Assembly (NCBI GenBank): GCA_964057225.1
Contig: OZ059894.1
Span: 1,798,001 to 1,862,000 of the forward strand
DNA from: Auanema rhodensis
Lineage: Eukaryota > Animalia > Nematoda
Direction of reading: 5' to 3'
Length of the DNA stretch: 64,000 bases
The notes under the pieces were generated by a model. That model was given only the letters and a program-made list of their open reading frames with translations, searched no databases and had not been told where the DNA came from. Every line of letters begins with the position of its first letter. Positions within the stretch are counted from its first letter, which is position 1. The position numbers were made by a program, and so were the translations under genes. Shown piece after piece: positions 12,601-26,325 of this stretch.

Positions 12601-15600
12601 AGGATATAAGTGTGAACTTATATCAGTTGATATCTCGGTGCATTTTTAAGCTAGCGCAAATCTGATAACACAGATCGACGCAGCTTGAAAATCCGCATTG
12701 AATGCACTATACTACATTGAGGAACGCTTAATACAAAAATTAGTTATGATCGTTTGAAAAATGATGCATTAGTGTATGTTGAGTTTCCATGTACACTCAA
12801 CATAGCTTCCAAAAACATTTTGACAAAAATTTTTTCGAAAAATTTCAGAATAATTTAGCAGAAAGTAGATGTTTTTAGATTTCTTTTTTTAAGGCAAAGA
12901 CGATGGACAATGTTATTCAACGAAAAAATTAATTCTTCAGGGTGAAAATCGAGGATATAAGTGTGAACTTATATCAGTTGATATATCGGTGCATTTTTAA
13001 GCTAGCGCAAATCTGATAACACAGATCGACGCAGCTTGAAAATCCGCATCGAATGCACTATACTACATTGAGGAACGCTTAATACAAAAATTAGTTATGA
13101 TCGTTTGAAAAATGATGCATTAGTGTATGTTTAGTTTCCATGTACACTCAACATAGCTTCCAAAAACATTTTGACAAAATTTTTTTCGAAAAATTTCAAA
13201 ATAATTTAGCAGAAAGTAGATGTTTTTAGATTCCTTTTTTTAAGGCAAAGACGACGGACAATGTTATTCAACGAAAAAATTAATTCTTCAGGGTGAAAAT
13301 CGAGGATATAAGTGTGAACTTATATCAGTTGATATCTCGGTGCATTTTTAAGCTAGCGCAAATCTGATAACACAGATCGACGCAGCTTGAAAATCCGCAT
13401 CGAATGCACTATACTACATTGAGGAACGCTTAATACAAAAATTAGTTATGATCGTTTGAAAAATGATGCATTAGTGTATGTTGAGTTTCCATGTACACTC
13501 AACATAGCTTCCAAAAACATTTTGACAAAAATTTTTTCGAAAAATTTCAAAATAATTTAGCAGAAAGTAGATGTTTTTAGATTCCTTTTTCTAAGGCAAA
13601 GACGATGGACAATGTTATTCAACGAAAAAATTAATTCTTCAGGGTGAAAATCGAGGATATAAGTGTGAACTTATATCAGTTGATATCTCGGTGCATTTTT
13701 AAGCTAGCGCAAATCTGATAACACAGATCGACGCAGCTTGAAAATCCGCATCGAATGCACTATACTACATTGAGGAACGCTTAATACAAAAATTAGTTAT
13801 GATCGTTTGAAAAATGATGCATTAGTGTATGTTGAGTTTCCATGTACACTCAACATAGCTTCCAAAAACATTTTGACAAAAATTTTTTCGAAAAATTTCC
13901 AGATAATTTAGCAGAAAGTAGATGTTTTTAGATTCCTTTTTTCAAGGCAAAGACGATGGACAATGTTATTCAACGAAAAAATTAATTCTTCAGGGTGAAA
14001 ATCGAGGATATAAGTGTGAATTTATATCAGTTGATATCTCGGTGCATTTTTAAGCTAGCGCAAATCTGATAACACAGATCGACGCAGCTTGAAAATCCGC
14101 ATTGAATGCACTATACTTCATTGAAGAACGCTTAATACAAAAATTAGTTATGATCGTTTGAAAAATGATGCATTAGTGTATGTTGAGTTTCCATGTACAC
14201 TCAACATAGCTTCCAAAAACATTTTGACAAAAATTTTTTCGAAAAATTTCAAAATAATTTAGCAGAAAGTAGATGTTTTTAGATTCCTTTTTTTAAGGCA
14301 AAGACGATGGACAATGTTATTCAACGAAAAAATTAATTCTTCAGGGTGAAAATCGAGGATATAAGTGTGAATTTATATCAGTTGATATCTCGGTGCATTT
14401 TTAAGCTAGCGCAAATCTGATAACACAGATCGACGCAGCTTGAAAATCCGCATTGAATGCACTATACTTCATTGAGGAACGCTTAATACAAAAATTAGTT
14501 ATGATCGTTTGAAAAATGATGCATTAGTGTATGTTGAGTTTCCATGTACACTCAACATAGCTTCCAAAAACATTTTGACAAAAATTTTTTCGAAAAATTT
14601 CAAAATAATTTAGCAGAAAGTAGATGTTTTCAGATTCCTTTTTTTAAGGCAAAGACGATGGACAATGTTATTCAACGAAAAAATTAATTCTTCAGGGTGA
14701 AAATCGAGGATATAAGTGTGAACTTATATCAGTTGATATCTCGGTGCATTTTTAAGCTAGCGCAAATCTGATAACACAGATCGACGCAGCTTGAAAATCC
14801 GCATCGAATGCACTATACTACATTGAGGAACGCTTAATACAAAAATTAGTTATGATCGTTTGAAAAATGATGCATTAGTGTATGTTCAGTTTCCATGTAC
14901 ACTCAACATAGCTTCCAAAAACATTTTGACAAAAATTTTTTCGAAAAATTTCAAAATAATTTAGCAGAAAGTAGATGTTTTTAGATTCCTTTTTTTAAGG
15001 CAAAGACGATGGACAATGTTATTCAACGAAAAAATTAATTCTTCAGGGTGAAAATCGAGGATATAAGTGTGAACTTATATCAGTTGATATCTCGGTGCAT
15101 TTTTAAGCTAGCGCAAATTTGATAACACAGATCGACGCAGCTTGAAAATCCGCATCGAATGCACTATACTACATTGAGGAACGCTTAATACAAAAATTAG
15201 TTATGATCGTTTGAAAAATGATGCATTAGTGTATGTTGAGTTTCCATGTACACTCAACATAGCTTCCAAAAACATTTTGACAAAAATTTTTTCGAAAAAT
15301 TTCAAAATAATTTAGCAGAAAGTAGATGTTTTTAGATTCCTTTTTTTAAGGCAAAGACGATGGACAATGTTATTCAACGAAAAAATTAATTCTTCAGGGT
15401 GAAAATCGAGGATATAAGTGTGAACTTATATCAGTTGATATCTCGGTGCATTTTTAAGCTAGCGCAAATCTGATAACACAGATCGACGCAGCTTGAAAAT
15501 CCGCATCGAATGCACTATACTACATTGAGGAACGCTTAATACAAAAATTAGTTATGATCGTTTGAAAAATGATGCATTAGTGTATGTTTAGTTTCCATGT

Positions 15601-18600
15601 ACACTCAACATAGCTTCCAAAAACATTTTGACAAAAATTTTTTCGAAAAATTTCAAAATAATTTAGCAGAAAGTAGATGTTTTTAGATTCCTTTTTTTAA
15701 GGCAAAGACGATGGACAATGTTATTCAACGAAAAAATTAATTCTTCAGGGTGAAAATCGAGGATATAAGTGTGAACTTATATCAGTTGATATCTCGGTGC
15801 ATTTTTAAGCTAGCGCAAATTTGATAACACAGATCGACGCAGCTTGAAAATCCGCATCGAATGCACTATACTACATTGAGGAACGCTTAATACAAAAATT
15901 AGTTATGATCGTTTGAAAAATGATGCATTAGTGTATGTTGAGTTTCCATGTACACTCAACATAGCTTCCAAAAACATTTTGACAAAAATTTTTTCGAAAA
16001 ATTTCAAAATAATTTAGCAGAAAATAGATGTTTTTAGATTCCTTTTTTAAGGCAAAGACGATGGACAATGTTATTCAACGAAAAAATTAATTCTTCAGGG
16101 TGAAAATCGAGGATATAAGTGTGAACTTATATCAGTTGATATCTCGGTGCATTTTTAAGCTAGCGCAAATCTGATAACACAGATCGACGCAGCTTGAAAA
16201 TCCGCATCGAATGCACTATACTACATTGAGGAACGCTTAATACAAAAATTAGTTATGATCGTTTGAAAAATGATGCATTAGTGTATGTTTAGTTTCCATG
16301 TACACTCAACATAGCTTCCAAAAACATTTTGACAAAATTTTTTTCGAAAAATTTCAAAATAATTTAGCAGAAAGTAGATGTTTTTAGATTCCTTTTTTTA
16401 AGGCAAAGACGACGGACAATGTTATTCAACGAAAAAATTAATTCTTCAGGGTGAAAATCGAGGATATAAGTGTGAACTTATATCAGTTGATATCTCGGTG
16501 CATTTTTAAGCTAGCGCAAATCTGATAACACAGATCGACGCAGCTTGAAAATCCGCATCGAATGCACTATACTACATTGAGGAACGCTTAATACAAAAAT
16601 TAGTTATGATCGTTTGAAAAATGATGCATTAGTGTATGTTGAGTTTCCATGTACACTCAACATAGCTTCCAAAAACATTTTGACAAAAATTTTTTCGAAA
16701 AATTTCAAAATAATTTAGCAGAAAGTAGATGTTTTTAGATTCCTTTTTTTAAGGCAAAGACGATGGACAATGTTATTCAACGAAAAAATTAATTCTTCAG
16801 GGTGAAAATCGAGGATATAAGTGTGAACTTATATCAGTTGATATCTCGGTGCATTTTTAAGCTAGCGCAAATCTGATAACACAGATCGACGCAGCTTGAA
16901 AATCCGCATCGAATGCACTATACTACATTGAGAAACGCTTAATACAAAAATTAGTTATGATCGTTTGAAAAATGATGCATTAGTGTATGTTTAGTTTCCA
17001 TGTACACTCAACATAGCTTCCAAAAACATTTTGACAAAATTTTTTTCGAAGAATTTCAAAATAATTTAGCAGAAAGTAGATGTTTTTAGATTCCTTTTTT
17101 TAAGGCAAAGACGACGGACAATGTTATTCAACGAAAAAATTAATTCTTCAGGGTGAAAATCGAGGATATAAGTGTGAACTTATATCAGTTGATATCTCGG
17201 TGCATTTTTAAGCTAGCGCAAATCTGATAACACAGATCGACGCAGCTTGAAAATCCGCATCGAATGCACTATACTACTTTGAGAAACGCTTAATACAAAA
17301 ATTAGTTATGATCGTTTGAAAAATGATGCATTAGTGTATGTTGAGTTTCCATGTACACTCAACATAGCTTCCAAAAACATTTTGACAAAAATTTTTTCGA
17401 AAAATTTCGAAATAATTTAGCAGAAAGTAGATGTTTTTAGATTCCTTTTTTTAAGGCAAAGACGATAGACAATGTTATTCAACGAAAAAATTAATTCTTC
17501 AGGGTGAAAATCGAGGATATAAGTGTGAACTTATATCAGTTGATATCTCGGTGCATTTTTAAGCTAGCGCAAATCTGATAACACAGATCGACGCAGCTTG
17601 AAAATCCGCATCGAATGCACTATACTACATTGAGAAACGCTTAATACAAAAATTAGTTATGATCGTTTGAAAAATGATGCATTAGTGTATGTTTAGTTTC
17701 CATGTACACTCAACATAGCTTCCAAAAACATTTTGACAAAATTTTTTTCGAAGAATTTCAAAATAATTTAGCAGAAAGTAGATGTTTTTAGATTCCTTTT
17801 TTTAAGGCAAAGACGACGGACAATGTTATTCAACGAAAAAATTAATTCTTCAGGGTGAAAATCGAGGATATAAGTGTGAACTTATATCAGTTGATATCTC
17901 GGTGCATTTTTAAGCTAGCGCAAATCTGATAACACAGATCGACGCAGCTTGAAAATCCGCATCGAATGCACTATACTACTTTGAGAAACGCTTAATACAA
18001 AAATTAGTTATGATCGTTTGAAAAATGATGCATTAGTGTATGTTGAGTTTCCATGTACACTCAACATAGCTTCCAAAAACATTTTGACAAAAATTTTTTC
18101 GAAAAATTTCAAAATAATTTAGCAGAAAGTAGATGTTTTTAGATTCCTTTTTTTAAGGCAAAGACGATAGACAATGTTATTCAACGAAAAAATTAATTCT
18201 TCAGGGTGAAAATCGAGGATATAAGTGTGAACTTATATCACTTGATATCTCGGTGCATTTTTAAGCTAGCGCAAATCTGATAACACAGATCGACGCAGCT
18301 TGAAAATCCGCATCGAATGCATTATACTACTTTGAGAAACGCTTAATACAAAAATTAGTTATGATCGTTTGAAAAATGATGCATTAGTGTATGTTGAGTT
18401 TCCATGTACACTCAACATAGCTTCCAAAAACATTTTGACAAAATTTTTTTCGAAAAATTTCAAAATAATTTAGCAGAAAGTAGATGTTTTTAGATTCCTT
18501 TTTTTAAGGCAAAGACGACGGACAATGTTATTCAACGAAAAAATTAATTCTTCAGGGTGAAAATCGAGGATATAAGTGTGAACTTATATCAGTTGATATC

Positions 18601-21600
18601 TCGGTGCATTTTTAAGCTAGCGCAAATCTGATAACACAGATCGACGCAGCTTGAAAATCCGCATCGAATGCACTATACTACTTTGAGAAACGCTTAATAC
18701 AAAAATTAGTTATGATCGTTTGAAAAATGATGCATTAGTGTATGTTGAGTTTCCATGTACACTCAACATAGCTTCCAAAAACATTTTGACAAAAATTTTT
18801 TCGAAAAATTTCTAAATAATTTAGCAAAAAGTAGATGTTTTTAGATTCCTTTTTTTAAGGCAAAGACGATAGACAATGTTATTCAACGAAAAAATTAATT
18901 CTTCAGGGTGAAAATCGAGGATATAAGTGTGAACTTATATCAGTTGATATCTCGGTGCATTTTTAAGCTAGCGCAAATCTGATAACACAGATCGACGCAG
19001 CTTGAAAATCCGCATCGAATGCACTATACTACTTTGAGAAACGCTTAATACAAAAATTAGTTATGATCGTTTGAAAAATGATGCATTAGTGTATGTTGAG
19101 TTTCCATGTACACTCAACATAGCTTCCAAAAACATTTTGACAAAAATTTTTTCGAAAAATTTCAAAATAATTTAGCAGAAAGTAGATGTTTTTAGATTCC
19201 TTTTTTTAAGGCAAAGACGATAGACAATGTTATTCAACGAAAAAATTAATTCTTCAGGGTGAAAATCGAGGATATAAGTGTGAACTTATATCAGTTGATA
19301 TCTCGGTGCATTTTCAAGCTAGCGCAAATCTGATAACACAGATCGACGCAGCTTGAAAATCCGCATCGAATGCACTATACTACTTTGAGAAACGCTTAAT
19401 ACAAAAATTAGTTATGATCGTTTGAAAAATGATGCATTAGTGTATGTTGAGTTTCCATGTACACTCAACATAGCTTCCAAAAACATTTTGACAAAATTTT
19501 TTTCGAAAAATTTCAAAATAATTTAGCAGAAAGTAGATGTTTTTAGATTCCTTTTTTTAAGGCAATGACGACGGACAATGTTATTCAACGAAAAAATTAA
19601 TTCTTCAGGGTGAAAATCGAGGATATAAGTGTGAACTTATATCAGTTGATATCTCGGTGCATTTTTAAGCTAGCGCAAATCTGATAACACAGATCGACGC
19701 AGCTTGAAAATCCGCATCGAATGCACTATACTACTTTGAGAAACGCTTAATACAAAAATTAGTTATGATCGTTTGAAAAATGATGCATTAGTGTATGTTG
19801 AGTTTCCATGTACACTCAACATAGCTTCCAAAAACATTTTGACAAAAATTTTTTCGAAAAATTTCCAAATAATTTAGCAGAAAGTAGATGTTTTTAGATT
19901 CCTTTTTTCAAGGCAAAGACGATGGACAATGTTATTCAACGAAAAAATTAATTCTTCAGGGTGAAAATCGAGGATATAAGTGTGAATTTATATCAGTTGA
20001 TATCTCGGTGCATTTTTAAGCTAGCGCAAATCTGATAACACAGATCGACGCAGCTTGAAAATCCGCATTGAATGCACTATACTTCATTGAAGAACGCTTA
20101 ATACAAAAATTAGTTATGATCGTTTGAAAAATGATGCATTAGTGTATGTTGAGTTTCCATGTACACTCAACATAGCTTCCAAAAACATTTTGACAAAAAT
20201 TTTTTCGAAAAATTTCAAAATAATTTAGCAGAAAGTAGATGTTTTTAGATTCCTTTTTTTAAGGCAAAGACGATGGACAATGTTATTCAACGAAAAAATT
20301 AATTCTTCAGGGTGAAAATCGAGGATATAAGTGTGAACTTATATCAGTTGATATCTCGGTGCATTTTTAAGCTAGCGCAAATCTGATAACACAGATCGAC
20401 GCAGCTTGAAAATCCGCATCGAATGCACTATACTACATTGAGGAACGCTTAATACAAAAATTAGTTATGATCGTTTGAAAAATGATGCATTAGTGTATGT
20501 TCAGTTTCCATGTACACTCAACATAGCTTCCAAAAACATTTTGACAAAAATTTTTTCGAAAAATTTCAAAATAATTTAGCAGAAAGTAGATGTTTTTAGA
20601 TTCCTTTTTTTAAGGCAAAGACGATGGACAATGTTATTCAACGAAAAAATTAATTCTTCAGGGTGAAAATCGAGGATATAAGTGTGAATTTATATCAGTT
20701 GATATCTCGGTGCATTTTTAAGCTAGCGCAAATCTGATAACACAGATCGACGCAGCTTGAAAATCCGCATTGAATGCACTATACTTCATTGAGGAACACT
20801 TAATACAAAAATTAGTTATGATCGTTTGAAAAATGATGCATTAGTGTATGTTGAGTTTCCATGTACACTCAACATAGCTTCCAAAAACATTTTGACAAAA
20901 ATTTTTTCGAAAAATTTCAAAATAATTTAGCAAAAAGTAGATGTTTTTAGATTCCTTTTTTTAAGGCAAAGACGATGGACAATGTTATTCAACGAAAAAA
21001 TTAATTCTTCAGGGTGAAAATCGAGGATATAAGTGTGAACTTATATCAGTTGATATCTCGGTGCATTTTTAAGCTAGCGCAAATCTGATAACACAGATCG
21101 ACGCAGCTTGAAAATCCGCATCGAATGCACTATACTACTTTGAGAAACGCTTAATACAAAAATTAGTTATGATCGTTTGAAAAATGATGCATTAGTGTAT
21201 GTCGAGTTTCCATGTACACTCAACATTGCTTCCAAAAACATTTTGACAAAAATTTTTTCGAAAAATTTCAAATTAATTTAGCAGAAAGTATATGTTTTTA
21301 GATTCCTTTTCTCAAGGCAAAGACGATGGACAATGTTATTCAACGAAAAAATTAATTCTTCAGGGTGAAAATCGAGGATATATGTGTGAATTTATATCAG
21401 TTGATATCTCGGTGCATTTTTAAGCTAGCGCAAATCTGATAACACAGATCGACGCAGCTTGAAAATCCGCATTGAATGCACTATACTACATTGAGGAACG
21501 CTTAATACAAAAATTAGTTATGATCGTTTGAAAAATGATGCATTAGTGTATGTTGAGTTTCCATGTACACTCAACATAGCTTCCAAAAACATTTTGACAA

Positions 21601-24600
21601 AAATTTTTTCGAAAAATTTCAGAATAATTTAGCAGAAAGTAGATGTTTTTAGATTTCTTTTTTTAAGGCAAAGACGATGGACAATGTTATTCAACGAAAA
21701 AATTAATTCTTCAGGGTGAAAATCGAGGATATAAGTGTGAACTTATATCAGTTGATATCTCGGTGCATTTTTAAGCTAGCGCAAATCTGATAACACAGAT
21801 CGACGCAGCTTGAAAATCCGCATCGAATGCACTATACTACATTGAGGAACGCTTAATACAAAAATTAGTTATGATCGTTTGAAAAATGATGCATTAGTGT
21901 ATGTTTAGTTTCCATGTACACTCAACATAGCTTCCAAAAACATTTTGACAAAATTTTTTTCGAAAAATTTCAAAATAATTTAGCAGAAAGTAGATGTTTT
22001 TAGATTCCTTTTTTTAAGGCAAAGACGACGGACAATGTTATTCAACGAAAAAATTAATTCTTCAGGGTGAAAATCGAGGATATAAGTGTGAACTTATATC
22101 AGTTGATATCTCGGTGCATTTTTAAGCTAGCGCAAATCTGATAACACAGATCGACGCAGCTTGAAAATCCGCATCGAATGCACTATACTACATTGAGGAA
22201 CGCTTAATACAAAAATTAGTTATGATCGTTTGAAAAATGATGCATTAGTGTATGTTGAGTTTCCATGTACACTCAACATAGCTTCCAAAAACATTTTGAC
22301 AAAAATTTTTTCGAAAAATTTCAAAATAATTTAGCAGAAAGTAGATGTTTTTAGATTCCTTTTTTTAAGGCAAAGACGATGGACAATGTTATTCAACGAA
22401 AAAATTAATTCTTCAGGGTGAAAATCGAGGATATAAGTGTGAACTTATATCAGTTGATATCTCGGTGCATTTTTAAGCTAGCGGAAATCTGATAACACAG
22501 ATCGACGCAGCTTGAAAATCCGCATCGAATGCACTATACTACATTGAGGAACGCTTAATACAAAAATTAGTTATGATCGTTTGAAAAATGATGCATTAGT
22601 GTATGTTTAGTTTCCATGTACACTCAACATAGCTTCCAAAAACATTTTGACAAAATTTTTTTCGAAAAATTTCAAAATAATTTAGCAGAAAGTAGATGTT
22701 TTTAGATTCCTTTTTTTAAGGCAAAGACGACGGACAATGTTATTCAACGAAAAAATTAATTCTTCAGGGTGAAAATTGAGGATATAAGTGTGAACTTATA
22801 TCAGTTGATATCTCGGTGCATTTTTAAGCTAGCGCAAATCTGATAACACAGATCGACGCAGCTTGAAAATCCGCATCGAATGCACTATACTACATTGAGG
22901 AACGCTTAATACAAAAATTAGTTATGATCGTTTGAAAAATGATGCATTAGTGTATGTTGAGTTTCCATGTACACTCAACATAGCTTCCAAAAACATTTTG
23001 ACAAAAATTTTTTCGAAAAATTTCAAAATAATTTAGCAGAAAGTAGATGTTTTTAGATTCCTTTTTTTAAGGCAAAGACGATGGACAATGTTATTCAACG
23101 AAAAAATTAATTCTTCAGGGTGAAAATCGAGGATATAAGTGTGAATTTATATCAGTTGATATCTCGGTGCATTTTTAAGCTAGCGCAAATCTGATAACAC
23201 AGATCGACGCAGCTTGAAAATCCGCATTGAATGCACTATACTTCATTGAAGAACGCTTAATACAAAAATTAGTTATGATCGTTTGAAAAATGATGCATTA
23301 GTGTATGTTGAGTTTCCATGTACACTCAACATAGCTTCCAAAAACATTTTGACAAAAATTTTTTCGAAAAATTTCAAAATAATTTAGCAGAAAGTAGATG
23401 TTTTTAGATTCCTTTTTTTAAGGCAAAGACGATGGACAATGTTATTCAACGAAAAAATTAATTCTTCAGGGTGAAAATCGAGGATATAAGTGTGAACTTA
23501 TATCAGTTGATATCTCGGTGCATTTTTAAGCTAGCGCAAATCTGATAACACAGATCGACGCAGCTTGAAAATCCGCATCGAATGCACTATACTACATTGA
23601 GGAACGCTTAATACAAAAATTAGTTATGATCGTTTGAAAAATGATGCATTAGTGTATGTTCAGTTTCCATGTACACTCAACATAGCTTCCAAAAACATTT
23701 TGACAAAAATTTTTTCGAAAAATTTCAAAATAATTTAGCAGAAAGTAGATGTTTTTAGATTCCTTTTTTTAAGGCAAAGACGATGGACAATGTTATTCAA
23801 CGAAAAAATTAATTCTTCAGGGTGAAAATCGAGGATATAAGTGTGAACTTATATCAGTTGATATCTCGGTGCATTTTTAAGCTAGCGCAAATTTGATAAC
23901 ACAGATCGACGCAGCTTGAAAATCCGCATCGAATGCACTATACTACATTGAGGAACGCTTAATACAAAAATTAGTTATGATCGTTTGAAAAATGATGCAT
24001 TAGTGTATGTTGAGTTTCCATGTACACTCAACATAGCTTCCAAAAACATTTTGACAAAAATTTTTTCGAAAAATTTCAAAATAATTTAGCAGAAAGTAGA
24101 TGTTTTTAGATTCCTTTTTTTAAGGCAAAGACGATGGACAATGTTATTCAACGAAAAAATTAATTCTTCAGGGTGAAAATCAAGGATATAAGTGTGAATT
24201 TATATCAGTTGATATCTCGGTGCATTTTTAAGCTAGCGCAAATCTGATAACACAGATCGACGCAGCTTGAAAATCCGCATTGAATGCACTATACTTCATT
24301 GAGGAACGCTTAATACAAAAATTAGTTATGATCGTTTGAAAAATGATGCATTAGTGTATGTTGAGTTTCCATGTACACTCAACATAGCTTCCAAAAACAT
24401 TTTGACAAAAATTTTTTCGAAAAATTTCAAAATAATTTAGCAGAAAGTAGATGTTTTCAGATTCCTTTTTTTAAGGCAAAGACGATGGACAATGTTATTC
24501 AACGAAAAAATTAATTCTTCAGGGTGAAAATCGAGGATATAAGTGTGAACTTATATCAGTTGATATCTCGGTGCATTTTTAAGCTAGCGCAAATCTGATA

Positions 24601-26325
24601 ACACAGATCGACGCAGCTTGAAAATCCGCATCGAATGCACTATACTACATTGAGGAACGCTTAATACAAAAATTAGTTATGATCGTTTGAAAAATGATGC
24701 ATTAGTGTATGTTCAGTTTCCATGTACACTCAACATAGCTTCCAAAAACATTTTGACAAAAATTTTTTCGAAAAATTTCAAAATAATTTAGCAGAAAGTA
24801 GATGTTTTTAGATTCCTTTTTTTGAGGCAAAGACGATGGACAATGTTATTCAACGAAAAAATTAATTCTTCAGGGTGAAAATCGAGGATATAAGTGTGAA
24901 CTTATATCAGTTGATATCTCGGTGCATTTTTAAGCTAGCGCAAATTTGATAACACAGATCGACGCAGCTTGAAAATCCGCATTGAATGCACTATACTACA
25001 TTGAGGAACGCTTAATACAAAAATTAGTTATGATCGTTTGAAAAATGATGCATTAGTGTATGTTGAGTTTCCATGTACACTCAACATAGCTTCCAAAAAC
25101 ATTTTGACAAAAATTTTTTCGAAAAATTTCAGAATAATTTAGCAGAAAGTAGATGTTTTTAGATTTCTTTTTTTAAGGCAAAGACGATGGACAATGTTAT
25201 TCAACGAAAAAATTAATTCTTCAGGGTGAAAATCGAGGATATAAGTGTGAACTTATATCAGTTGATATCTCGGTGCATTTTTAAGCTAGCGCAAATCTGA
25301 TAACACAGATCGACGCAGCTTGAAAATCCGCATCGAATGCACTATACTACATTGAGGAACGCTTAATACAAAAATTAGTTATGATCGTTTGAAAAATGAT
25401 GCATTAGTGTATGTTTAGTTTCCATGTACACTCAACATAGCTTCCAAAAACATTTTGACAAAATTTTTTTCGAAAAATTTCAAAATAATTTAGCAGAAAG
25501 TAGATGTTTTTAGATTCCTTTTTTTAAGGCAAAGACGATGGACAATGTTATTCAACGAAAAAATTAATTCTTCAGGGTGAAAATCGAGGATATAAGTGTG
25601 AACTTATATCAGTTGATATCTCGGTGCATTTTTAAGCTAGCGCAAATTTGATAACACAGATCGACGCAGCTTGAAAATCCGCATCGAATGCACTATACTA
25701 CATTGAGGAACGCTTAATACAAAAATTAGTTATGATCGTTTGAAAAATGATGCATTAGTGTATGTTGAGTTTCCATGTACACTCAACATAGCTTCCAAAA
25801 ACATTTTGACAAAAATTTTTTCGAAAAATTTCAAAATAATTTAGCAGAAAATAGATGTTTTTAGATTCCTTTTTTTAAGGCAAAGACGATGGACAATGTT
25901 ATTCAACGAAAAAATTAATTCTTCAGGGTGAAAATCGAGGATATAAGTGTGAACTTATATCAGTTGATATCTCGGTGCATTTTTAAGCTAGCGCAAATCT
26001 GATAACACAGATCGACGCAGCTTGAAAATCCGCATCGAATGCACTATACTACATTGAGGAACGCTTAATACAAAAATTAGTTATGATCGTTTGAAAAATG
26101 ATGCATTAGTGTATGTTGAGTTTCCATGTACACTCAACATAGCTTCCAAAAACATTTTGACAAAAATTTTTTCGAAAAATTTCAAAATAATTTAGCAGAA
26201 AGTAGATGTTTTTAGATTCCTTTTTTTAAGGCAAAGACGATGGACAATGTTATTCAACGAAAAAATTAATTCTTCAGGGTGAAAATCGAGGATATAAGTG
26301 TGAACTTATATCAGTTGATATCTCG

